Part shown: positions 48,205 through 55,188 of the stretch, piece by piece
Layout: each line of letters begins with the position of its first letter
Position numbering within the stretch: position 1 is the first letter of the stretch
NCBI GenBank assembly: GCA_030696105.1
Contig: JAUYNJ010000008.1
Span: 18,030-82,029, forward strand
DNA from: a bacterium
GTDB taxonomy: Bacteria > Patescibacteriota > Patescibacteriia > Patescibacteriales > UBA12465
DNA length: 64,000 nt
Direction: 5' to 3'
Notes under the pieces: generated by a model
Database searches by the model: none
What the model was told of the DNA's origin: nothing
Seen by the model: only the letters and a program-made list of their open reading frames with translations
Made by a program: the position numbers and the translations under genes

Positions 48205-48374
48205 AATTGAAAGTATTCAAACAGTTTATGAATAAGAAAAGCCGGCCAGACCAGTGCTTTCAGAAAACCGACGACGCCCATCAAGAGGGAGGTCGCGTTC
48301 TGGATGTAATAGATGAGTGCACCGATGAAAGCGAGGCCGTAGATGCCGCTGCCTACGCCATTGTTTTTGTTCAT
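48201..48374 (-). CDS. Unlisted 57-aa two-TM small membrane protein
   Basis: The ATG 48374 to TGA 48201-48203 frame encodes MNKNNGVGSGIYGLAFIGALIYYIQNATSLLMGVVGFLKALVWPAFLIHKLFEYFQL. Its stop overlaps the start of the next gene (ATGA). It falls below the 60-aa track cutoff. Confidence 0.55.
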   Translation of the reverse strand: MNKNNGVGSGIYGLAFIGALIYYIQNATSLLMGVVGFLKALVWPAFLIHKLFEYFQL

Positions 48375-48479
48375 ATAATTAAAGTTTAATTGGATATATT
48401 AATTATATCAATGGAACATATTTTTGTTAAGAATCGTGCGCCTTGAGGCATATTTGACCAAGCGTAGTAAAAGTACTAC

Positions 48480-48501
48480 TATATCAATATAAATTGATAT
48501 A
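48480..48501 (+). promoter_or_regulatory. 9-4-9 perfect inverted repeat, candidate ArsR/SmtB operator
   Basis: TATATCAAT-ataa-ATTGATATA overlaps the -10 (TACTAT, 48477-48482) of a TTGACC-N17 promoter. It ends 5 nt before the arsR-like ATG. Confidence 0.55.
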
Positions 48502-48506
48502 ACGAT

Positions 48507-48821
48507 ATGGAAAGAAAGTGTTGTGAAGACAATAAGTTAACCGAAGAATATGCGAATTTAGCAAAATTCTTGAGAATTGTTGGCGATGACAATCGTCTGC
48601 GTATTTTGTGTTTATTAAAGGGAGGAGAAAAGTGCGTCTGCGAAATATCGCCAACTCTTAACATGGCTCAAAATTTAACGTCGAGTCACCTAAAAGTGAT
48701 GCTTGATTTCGGACTGGTTAATCTAAGGCAAGACTGGAATAGAAACTACTATTCAATAAACCGTCCCATGTTTAAAAAATATAATTTTTTAATAAAAATA
48801 TTTCTAAAAAATTATGAATAA
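48507..48821 (+). CDS. ArsR/SmtB-family metalloregulator
   Basis: 104 aa: LAKFLRIVGDDNRLRILCLLKGGEKCVCEI, i.e. an HTH plus a CVC metal(loid)-site-like motif. Confidence 0.85.
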   Translation: MERKCCEDNKLTEEYANLAKFLRIVGDDNRLRILCLLKGGEKCVCEISPTLNMAQNLTSSHLKVMLDFGLVNLRQDWNRNYYSINRPMFKKYNFLIKIFLKNYE

Positions 48822-49110
48822 GGAAATGAAGGTGCAAATTTTAGGTTCCGGTTGTCCCAACTGTAGAAAGTTATATGAGACCACTAAAAAGGTGGCTGTA
48901 GATTTAGGCCTTAAAGCTAAAGTCGAATATATTGATGACATTACAAAGATAATTGAGCTCGGCATCATGACCAGTCCTGTCTTAGTTATTGACGGTAAAG
49001 TAATCTTAACAGGAAGTGCTCATTCTGAAGGAGATATTGCGAATGCTTTGAAAAATAATAATACGAATGACTCCGCCGATAGTGGTTGCTGCTGCGGTCA
49101 TCAGCATTAA
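48814..49110 (+). CDS. Thioredoxin-fold small redox protein (redox-active disulfide protein 2-like) with Cys3-His2 tail
   Basis: VQILGSGCPNCRKLYE (CxxC motif), and the C-terminus ends SGCCCGHQH. Confidence 0.8.
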   Translation: MNKEMKVQILGSGCPNCRKLYETTKKVAVDLGLKAKVEYIDDITKIIELGIMTSPVLVIDGKVILTGSAHSEGDIANALKNNNTNDSADSGCCCGHQH

Positions 49111-49112
49111 TT

Positions 49113-50081
49113 ATGTTTTATCCTTTACAGGTTTTGGCAGATTGGATGTCTTTCGGATTAATTGGCTTAATGAAAGGCTCACGCTTGGGCGAAGCTGTAA
49201 ACTATTTTATCTTTGATTCGTTGAAGATTCTCATACTGCTTTTCATCGTTAATTTATTAATGGCGGTCATACGTCATTATTTGCCTATAGAAAAACTCCG
49301 TGACTTCCTAGCCTCTCGCAAATGGTATGGGTTAGATTATTTGTTTGCGGCTCTGTTTGGCACAATTACACCATTTTGTTCTTGCTCCTCCATTCCACTA
49401 TTCATCGGTTTCCTGAAAGCGGGCATTCCTTTAGGTGTGACTTTGTCTTATTTAATTGTTTCGCCGCTTGTTAATCAAGTCGCGGTCGTGCTCTTTGCCG
49501 GTTTATTTGGCTGGAAAATTACCTTGCTATATGTTGCGTCGGCAGTTTTACTGGGCATGGTCGGCGGGTATATTCTCAATAAATTAATGCTTGAGAAAGA
49601 GGTTGCTGATTATATTTGGAAAATACAAAGTGAAAATGCGAAGTTAGTAACAATAAAGAATTCAAGCAAGGCTTTGCTCTTAAAATTTATACGAGAGGGC
49701 TTATCGTTAACTAAAAAAATTACCCCATACGTTTTAATCGGGATTGCCGTCGGCGCCGCGATTCACGGTTTTGTTCCGGCGGGGTACTTTGAAAATCTCA
49801 TCAGTACCGACAACTTATTAGCGGTTCCGCTGGCTGTTATTGCGGCCGTACCATTATATGCAAACGCTGTTGGTGTAATTCCTATCATGGAATCGCTCGT
49901 CGCGAAGGGTATACCTTTAGGCACCGCTATGGCCTTCATGATGGCGGTTGTTGGCCTGTCATTACCAGAGGCGCTTATTCTAAAACGAGTCATGAAGATG
50001 AAATTGCTTATTTATTTTTTCGGCATTACTACGATTAATATTATTATCATTGGCTATTTGTTTAACTTCTTTGTGAAATAA
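49113..50081 (+). CDS. DUF318/ArsP-like permease
   Basis: Polytopic protein with the vicinal-Cys motif GTITPFCSCSSIPLF, as in ArsP organoarsenical efflux permeases. It is in the known ArsR-Trx-permease gene order. ATG 49113 is preferred. Confidence 0.7.
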   Translation: MFYPLQVLADWMSFGLIGLMKGSRLGEAVNYFIFDSLKILILLFIVNLLMAVIRHYLPIEKLRDFLASRKWYGLDYLFAALFGTITPFCSCSSIPLFIGFLKAGIPLGVTLSYLIVSPLVNQVAVVLFAGLFGWKITLLYVASAVLLGMVGGYILNKLMLEKEVADYIWKIQSENAKLVTIKNSSKALLLKFIREGLSLTKKITPYVLIGIAVGAAIHGFVPAGYFENLISTDNLLAVPLAVIAAVPLYANAVGVIPIMESLVAKGIPLGTAMAFMMAVVGLSLPEALILKRVMKMKLLIYFFGITTINIIIIGYLFNFFVK

Positions 50082-50115
50082 CGCGGCCCTCTATTTTAAC
50101 AGGACAAAGAAAAAA

Positions 50116-50140
50116 AGCTGCAATTGGAATTGCAGCTTTT
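50116..50140. terminator. Rho-independent terminator
   Basis: AGCTGCAATT-gg-AATTGCAGCT palindrome followed by TTTT, between convergent genes. Confidence 0.65.
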
Positions 50141-50163
50141 GCGTTTTTAGAGACGCGAGAACA

Positions 50164-51174
50164 TTAGAACTTTATAATGGTGTACGCACTGAAGGCGTGA
50201 TATACCATGTCATATCTCAGTTCGAGGATGAGGCGTCCGTAATCCGTTTTGAAGTCTTTATAGACTTCAAACGATGGAGCGAGCCTGAGAGTTGATCCCT
50301 CATGCACGCTATTAATTCCGACGGCGGCGGCAAAGTTTCTGTGGCCAATTTTTTTGCTCATTATGAGTTCATGGGTGGAACAGGCGCCACTCCTCTTACT
50401 ATCAAATTTCACCGCATAGGTACCTTTGGTACTGATGGGTGAAAAGTGTTTGTAAAAGAATATTGGCACTACCATGTAACTGGTAGCTTCAATATAGAGG
50501 TCCTGCGAGAAGAAACCTTGGTTGATTTCCCCAAACCCGGCTTGTGTCCGGAACCAATAATTCCCGTTCTGTTGCCAGTTCAGAAACGTAAAGGAACCGA
50601 AGTGTTTCAAATTCTTAGTACCGGCAAATGCCCAGTACTGATCATCCGAAACCCCCACCGATACGAAAGCGTGTTTTGGGTGAAAAGCCACCCATGCCAT
50701 GATCGCATCATCTTTACTCCACTCCTCATTAAAGGAGTGATAACCGAGAGCGTAAACCTCGGCGGTGAAAAGATGATTGGCGATGCGTGTTCCGGCGTAA
50801 TCCCAAGGGACTGCCGAGGGGCTAATCATACGGCCGATCTCCAGTAAGACATTATAGTTGCCATACTGCTTGGTGGCCCAGGCATCAAAGACGTACTGGT
50901 CGTTTTGGTCATGGTCACCCATTTTTACCACCATCGCACTGAGTGTGGTGGTGGAATCTGAGTAGAGGTTTACACCGAGACCCAATACGTCGACGGCGTA
51001 TTTCTTATAATCGTATTTCAGGTTCCACTTTTCAGTGGAAATCTCTACGCGCTGAACGGATACTTCCGAAACGGCGGTATCCATTTTAATGGTGCTTTCC
51101 AGATTAACATTCTGTCCGAAAGCTGCAATAATCATAGTCATGGCTACGGTAATCACAAATGCTACTTTTTTCAT
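50164..51174 (-). CDS. Secreted protein with beta-barrel-like features (unknown function)
   Basis: Signal peptide MKKVAFVITVAMTMIIAAFG. The sequence is aromatic- and Gly-rich with alternating hydrophobicity, and the C-terminus ...HAFSAYTIIKF ends in Phe. Confidence 0.6.
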   Translation of the reverse strand: MKKVAFVITVAMTMIIAAFGQNVNLESTIKMDTAVSEVSVQRVEISTEKWNLKYDYKKYAVDVLGLGVNLYSDSTTTLSAMVVKMGDHDQNDQYVFDAWATKQYGNYNVLLEIGRMISPSAVPWDYAGTRIANHLFTAEVYALGYHSFNEEWSKDDAIMAWVAFHPKHAFVSVGVSDDQYWAFAGTKNLKHFGSFTFLNWQQNGNYWFRTQAGFGEINQGFFSQDLYIEATSYMVVPIFFYKHFSPISTKGTYAVKFDSKRSGACSTHELIMSKKIGHRNFAAAVGINSVHEGSTLRLAPSFEVYKDFKTDYGRLILELRYDMVYHAFSAYTIIKF

Positions 51175-51337
51175 TTAATGTACATTATTTGTTGTTATTG
51201 TTATTTCTGCGCCTTTTCACGGGCATTTTTCTCAGAAATAGCAACCGCTTATCGTAACCTAATTATTTACATTTGTCAAGCTCACTGTTTAAAAAAGGCG
51301 ACCCAAATAGGCCGCCGTGAACTGTGTGCTAATTCAC

Positions 51338-51739
51338 CTAGAGTAAGTCTTTTAAAAATTCCCAGCGCAAAGGAAGCTTAACAGCCTCTTCCGGACTGAG
51401 CCATCTTATATCTAAAGCCTGCTCGTCCTTAGTTAATTCGCCGGCAGTGATATTGCCGTCAAATATAACTAGCTCAATAATGTCCTCATCGCGTCGCGCA
51501 CCCTTGTATTCTTCTTTAGAAATATGAGATTGGAATATAATAGGTCCGAGGCTGATTTGATAACCACTTTCTTCCTGCGCCTCTCTAGCTGCAGCTTGTT
51601 CAAATGATTCGCCTTCATCGACGTGCCCTCCCGGGAAGCACCATAAACCCATAGCGAGCCGCCCACCTTCTTGTAGTAACAATACTTTATTTTCCTGGCG
51701 TAGCCTGACGAAGGCGACTTTAGTTGTAGCTTGAGTCAT
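51338..51739 (-). CDS. Nudix hydrolase
   Basis: Nudix box GGHVDEGESFEQAAAREAQEESGY. Confidence 0.85.
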   Translation of the reverse strand: MTQATTKVAFVRLRQENKVLLLQEGGRLAMGLWCFPGGHVDEGESFEQAAAREAQEESGYQISLGPIIFQSHISKEEYKGARRDEDIIELVIFDGNITAGELTKDEQALDIRWLSPEEAVKLPLRWEFLKDLL

Positions 51740-51810
51740 ATAAGTATGATAAATTATTCATCCATAATAATATATCAGTCACGATTTAAAAGCACAACAA
51801 GCAATATAAG

Positions 51811-51838
51811 TTGACATATATATGCTTAGTGCTAAAAT
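51811..51838 (+). promoter_or_regulatory. Orphan strong promoter
   Basis: TTGACA (51811-51816), a 16-nt spacer, then TAAAAT (51833-51838). No downstream same-strand CDS. Confidence 0.55.
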
Positions 51839-51844
51839 TTTAAT

Positions 51845-51983
51845 AATCTCAATCGCTCTCTTATTACTAAATAGAGAAGGAATCTGAGCGTCCCGCCATT
51901 TCGAATGCCGGGAAGGCGCCTAATTGACGGCGTCAAACATGGGTAACATGAGTCTGGGGTCCTATTTTCTGGACCCCTTTTTT
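51845..51983 (+). ncRNA. Candidate ~140-nt small RNA (family unknown)
   Basis: The region between the orphan promoter and a strong terminator (GGGGTCC-tattttct-GGACCCC plus T6, 51956-51983) contains three more hairpins: TCTCT/AGAGA, CCCGCCA-tttcgaa-TGCCGGG and GGCGCC-taattgac-GGCGTC. The longest ORF here is 13 codons. Confidence 0.45.
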
Positions 51984-52090
51984 ATTAAATCTGTATCACC
52001 ATCAAGCAAAATTGGTTTAATGCCGTATATTTCTTGTCTATTCTACAATTTAATGGGGATTTTTAGAGAAATAGAGAGACGGGTGAAATT

Positions 52091-52600
52091 TTAGATTGCT
52101 GAAAAGAGTTTGTAATATTCATTCATCCTGGGCAAGAATTTTTCAGGTTGCATTTGCAGTTCCGCTTTTAATTCCTGAGGACTAAACCATTTCACCTCCT
52201 CAACTTCATTTTCTTATATCTTTAGATCATTAATATCTATATCTACCTTTGCGGTAAACCATTGGGTGAAATAATGATGCTTGCCAGTTATTTCTATTTT
52301 TGGGCCAAGTGTCGGCTTAATGTTTTTTAATCCAATTTCTTCCTCAGTTTCTTTTGTTATATTGCTCTCATAAGTTTCCCCCTCTTCGACCGTGCCAGCG
52401 ACAGCCGGCCCCCACATATTAGGGTTATTCAATTTAGTATGATGACGTTTCGCTAAAAGAATATCTCCTTGAGAATTAATAATCCATAGAGCAGAGACCC
52501 GATAAATATCATCTTCACTAACAGCGGCCCTGATTTTGTAGCCAATAATTTCATCATCTGAATTTACAATCGTAGTTTTTGGCTGATTTGTTTTATTCAT
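52091..52600 (-). pseudogene. Nudix hydrolase interrupted by one in-frame TAA (52214-52216)
   Basis: The Nudix box is GTVEEGETYESNITKETEEEIGL. After the TAA the same frame continues for 40 sense codons, ENEVEEVKWFSPQELKAELQMQPEKFLPRMNEYYKLFSAI, to TAA 52091-52093. That continuation resembles a normal Nudix C-terminus. Confidence 0.65.
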
Positions 52601-52672
52601 ATTAAATATTCTAACTTCTTATTAATTATACCAATAAACCAAATAACCCGCCATAATTTGTTGATTATAGAA

Positions 52673-52846
52673 CGCGTAGCCATAGGGGAATTATCGCGTT
52701 CGCCACGTTTTACGTGGCTCACTTGTCCAGGGTTGGCGTCCGATATGCCGCCCGGCATATCGTCCGACGCTCGATTACTCGTCTCGTCTTCCGTCTCGAC
52801 TCGTATCTCGCTTCCAACCAGTTCGATTCCCCCGACTAGCGTCGGC
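52673..52846. other. GC-rich hairpin-dense element composed of tRNA-Glu-like fragments (degenerate tRNA-derived repeat / att scar / structured RNA)
   Basis: About 56% GC by hand count, against ~23% in the 70 nt to its left. The left end CGTAGCCATAGGGGAAT is a direct near-copy of the tRNA-Glu 3' end. The right end GTTCGATTCCCCCGACTAGCG is an inverted near-copy. Several perfect internal hairpins are present. Confidence 0.5.
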
Positions 52847-52851
52847 ATAAT

Positions 52852-52883
52852 AAAAATACTCCAACTTTGTTGGAGTATTTTTA
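52852..52883. terminator. Bidirectional rho-independent terminator downstream of tRNA-Glu
   Basis: ATACTCCAAC-ttt-GTTGGAGTAT is a 10-bp stem flanked by an A-run and a T-run. Confidence 0.7.
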
Positions 52884-52888
52884 TTACG

Positions 52889-52960
52889 TAGTCCCTAGGG
52901 GAATCGAACCCCTGTTACCAGGATGAGAACCTGGCGTCCTAACCGTTAGACGAAGGGACC
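52889..52960 (-). tRNA. tRNA-Glu (anticodon CUC)
   Basis: The reverse complement folds as GGTCCCT-TC-GTCT-AACGGTTA-GGAC-G-CCAGG-TTCTCAT-CCTGG-TAAC-AGGGG-TTCGATT-CCCCT-AGGGACT-A. It is 72 nt with no encoded CCA. Confidence 0.9.
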
Positions 52961-52966
52961 TTTTTG

Positions 52967-53938
52967 TTATTCTTCAATTAAAGGCGTGTCTGATTTCACG
53001 ACTTGGCCAATGATTTCAGTCGCTCCTTTTAAAAAGTCGGAGACGTCAAGAGCGTTCCGATTTTCACGCTGTAATTTTAGTATACGTAAAGAATTTTGTC
53101 TACAGGCAAGGAAAAGCTCGTTATTTTCTGTATATATTTCACCAACCGGGCGATTATGGTCTCTTTCGTCAACTTCAGCTTTAAGAACCTTTATATGTTC
53201 ACCGCCAGGCAATTCAAGATATGTACTTGGCCAAGGATTTAAAGCACGTACGCGGCGCTCAAGCTCGGTGGCAGCGCGCATGGGCGTCAGTCGACCATTT
53301 TCCTTGGTCATTAAACCAATATAAGTAGCTTGAGTTTCGTCTTGTGGTTCCGGAATAATTCCCCCTTCACAATATAAGCGAAGAGTCGGTACAAGCACCT
53401 CAGCTCCAAGCTGTGAAAGTGAGTCGTGAAGATCACTTAAAGTTTCATCACCTTTCAGGTCAATTTTATCTTGTCGTAAAATCGGACCAGTATCAAGGCC
53501 GGCGTCCATACGCATAATTGTGACGCCAGTTTCGTTCTCACCTTTAAGGATTGGCGCTTGCAGACAAGACGCGCCCCGGTGACGTGGCAGCAGGGAAGCG
53601 TGGACATTAATGCAGCCATACTGTGGGATATCGAGAATCACTTGCGGAATAATTTTACCGTAGGCAATAACAACAATGAGGTCTGGTTTGAGGGCGGCGA
53701 TGTTATCAATTTCAGCTTTTATTTTTTCAGGCTGAATGACCGGAATACCCGCCTCTAAGGCAACTTTTTTAACTGGCGGCGCACTCAAGGTCTGTTTGCG
53801 GCCAACCGGTTTGTCCGGTTGAGTAATAATAGCAACAAGCTCAAAATCAGCGGCTGCAATTAAGGCCTTTAATCCGGGCGCGGCGAAATCGGGAGTACCC
53901 ATGAATATTGTGCGAATCTGCTTAGTCATATGCTTCAT
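52967..53938 (-). CDS. fmt: Methionyl-tRNA formyltransferase
   Basis: IRTIFMGTPDFAAPGL, HASLLPRHRGASCLQ, and a C-terminal Fmt domain. The start is ambiguous between ATG 53938 and ATG 53929; the track's TTG at 53965 is unlikely. Confidence 0.9.
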   Translation of the reverse strand: MKHMTKQIRTIFMGTPDFAAPGLKALIAAADFELVAIITQPDKPVGRKQTLSAPPVKKVALEAGIPVIQPEKIKAEIDNIAALKPDLIVVIAYGKIIPQVILDIPQYGCINVHASLLPRHRGASCLQAPILKGENETGVTIMRMDAGLDTGPILRQDKIDLKGDETLSDLHDSLSQLGAEVLVPTLRLYCEGGIIPEPQDETQATYIGLMTKENGRLTPMRAATELERRVRALNPWPSTYLELPGGEHIKVLKAEVDERDHNRPVGEIYTENNELFLACRQNSLRILKLQRENRNALDVSDFLKGATEIIGQVVKSDTPLIEE

Positions 53939-54039
53939 TTTAATGTATTTTGAGCCTAAAAGCAAGGTGCGGCTAATTGAGTTTTTTTGAATATATTGTA
54001 TAATGTGAGGGCCTTTATCTTAGGCTGATTTATTTATCT

Positions 54040-54663
54040 ATGTTGATTACTCTAGTTGATGCCTTACTTAATTTCGCCCAAGAAATTGGTTATTGGGGAG
54101 TTGTTTTTTTAATGGCCATTGAAAGTTCGCTGATTCCATTTCCTTCTGAGTTGGTCGTTCCGCCGGCTGCTTATTTAGCCGCGCAAGGCACTTTAAATAT
54201 TTGGTTGGTGATTGGGGCGAGCGTACTTGGTAGTTTAATTGGAGCCCTTTTTAATTATTTTCTCGCCTTTTATCTCGGACGCCCAGTGATATATCGTTTA
54301 GCTTCTTCTAAATTTGCCCGCTATCTCTTAATTAAGCCCGAGCAAATTACTAGAGCCGAATTGTATTTTGAGAAATATGACAGCACCTCAACCTTCTTTG
54401 GCCGACTGATTCCTGTTATTCGACAACTAATTTCATTGCCGGCCGGATTTGTGCGCATGCCTCTATATAAATTCATTTTCTATACTTTCCTTGGCTCTTT
54501 GCTTTGGACACTTGTCTTGGCTGGGTTAGGCTATTTTTTTGGTGCGAATGAGACTCTCTGGAAAACATACTACGCCGAACTTACTTGGGGCATAATTGCT
54601 GCCGTAGTGATAGTTCTAGGAATACTTATTTGGAAGCAAAGAAAGAAAGGGATTATAAAATAA
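54040..54663 (+). CDS. dedA: DedA-family membrane protein
   Basis: 207 aa: GYWGVVFLMAIESSLIPFPSELVVPPAAY...GRLIPVIRQLISLPAG. Confidence 0.88.
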   Translation: MLITLVDALLNFAQEIGYWGVVFLMAIESSLIPFPSELVVPPAAYLAAQGTLNIWLVIGASVLGSLIGALFNYFLAFYLGRPVIYRLASSKFARYLLIKPEQITRAELYFEKYDSTSTFFGRLIPVIRQLISLPAGFVRMPLYKFIFYTFLGSLLWTLVLAGLGYFFGANETLWKTYYAELTWGIIAAVVIVLGILIWKQRKKGIIK

Positions 54664-54686
54664 GAATATCAAAGTACTATATAAAA

Positions 54687-54713
54687 ATACCGGCTAGTGA
54701 GCCGGTATTTTTT
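54687..54713. terminator. Bidirectional rho-independent terminator (dedA / def convergent)
   Basis: ATACCGGC-tagtga-GCCGGTAT hairpin with a flanking A-run and T-run. Confidence 0.7.
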
Positions 54714-55188
54714 AATTGATTAAGTGGTCAATGAAGAGGATGCCGTTTAGATGATCAATCTCATGCTGCAGAACGCGAGCGAGATGCTCATCGGCTTGAA
54801 TCTTTTTTTTCTTGCCCTGAGGATCGTAGTATTGGACGGTAATATTTTTATGACGCTCAACTTGTCCGTATATAATTTTACCACGAGAGTCGACGACCGA
54901 TAGACAGCCTTCTTCACCAATAACTTTGCCCCAGGATTTACGTGTGATTGAGGGATTAATTAGAAATGTGCTTTTCCCGTTACGGTTGCCAATGACAAAT
55001 ACTCGTTGACTAACTTCTATTTGCGGGGCAGCGAGTCCGGCCCCGTCCTTTTCTTTCATCGTAGCATCCATGTCGGCTAAGAATTGCTTGAATTCAGGAG
55101 TGTTGAGCAAATTCAAAGCAAGCGGTTCTGACACTTGGCGCAGAATCGGATTGGGGTGAATTAAAATTGGCTTTATTTCTCCTTTCAT
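54712..55188 (-). CDS. def: Peptide deformylase
   Basis: Motifs GAGLAAPQIEV, EGCLSV and QHEIDHLNG. Confidence 0.93.
   Translation of the reverse strand: MKGEIKPILIHPNPILRQVSEPLALNLLNTPEFKQFLADMDATMKEKDGAGLAAPQIEVSQRVFVIGNRNGKSTFLINPSITRKSWGKVIGEEGCLSVVDSRGKIIYGQVERHKNITVQYYDPQGKKKKIQADEHLARVLQHEIDHLNGILFIDHLIN

Noticed and set aside
48207-48389. 60-aa plus-strand ORF from the track
   Set aside because: The opposite strand encodes a more plausible 57-aa two-TM protein whose stop overlaps the next gene's start (ATGA). The plus-strand product has no features.
51845-51983. SRP (4.5S) RNA or a known riboswitch class
   Set aside because: It lacks the helix-8 GGAA/AGCA core of SRP RNA. From memory, it also lacks the conserved cores of the TPP, glycine, purine, fluoride, ZTP, guanidine and c-di-GMP aptamers. 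Identity is left open pending an Rfam scan.
52673-52846. tmRNA, intron-containing tRNA or second tRNA-Glu gene
   Set aside because: The TTCGATT loop is not flanked by complementary T-stem arms in either orientation. No acceptor/T-arm geometry can be built, and there is no resume codon or ANDxxALAA-like tag frame. I therefore called it only tRNA-derived.
52597-52848. 83-aa minus-strand ORF (and the 77-aa plus-strand ORF 52658-52891) covering the GC-rich element; its stop overlaps the Nudix start as ATGA
   Set aside because: Both strands have open frames only because the segment is GC-rich and stop-poor. The translated sequences are low-complexity with no motif. The DNA is better explained by nested hairpins and tRNA-Glu-like fragments. 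It remains the alternative hypothesis for that finding.
47884-52960. Intact integrative mobile element at tRNA-Glu
   Set aside because: The block contains no integrase, recombinase, transposase or excisionase ORF and no second full-length att repeat. Only a degraded-islet interpretation is offered, as a low-confidence finding.
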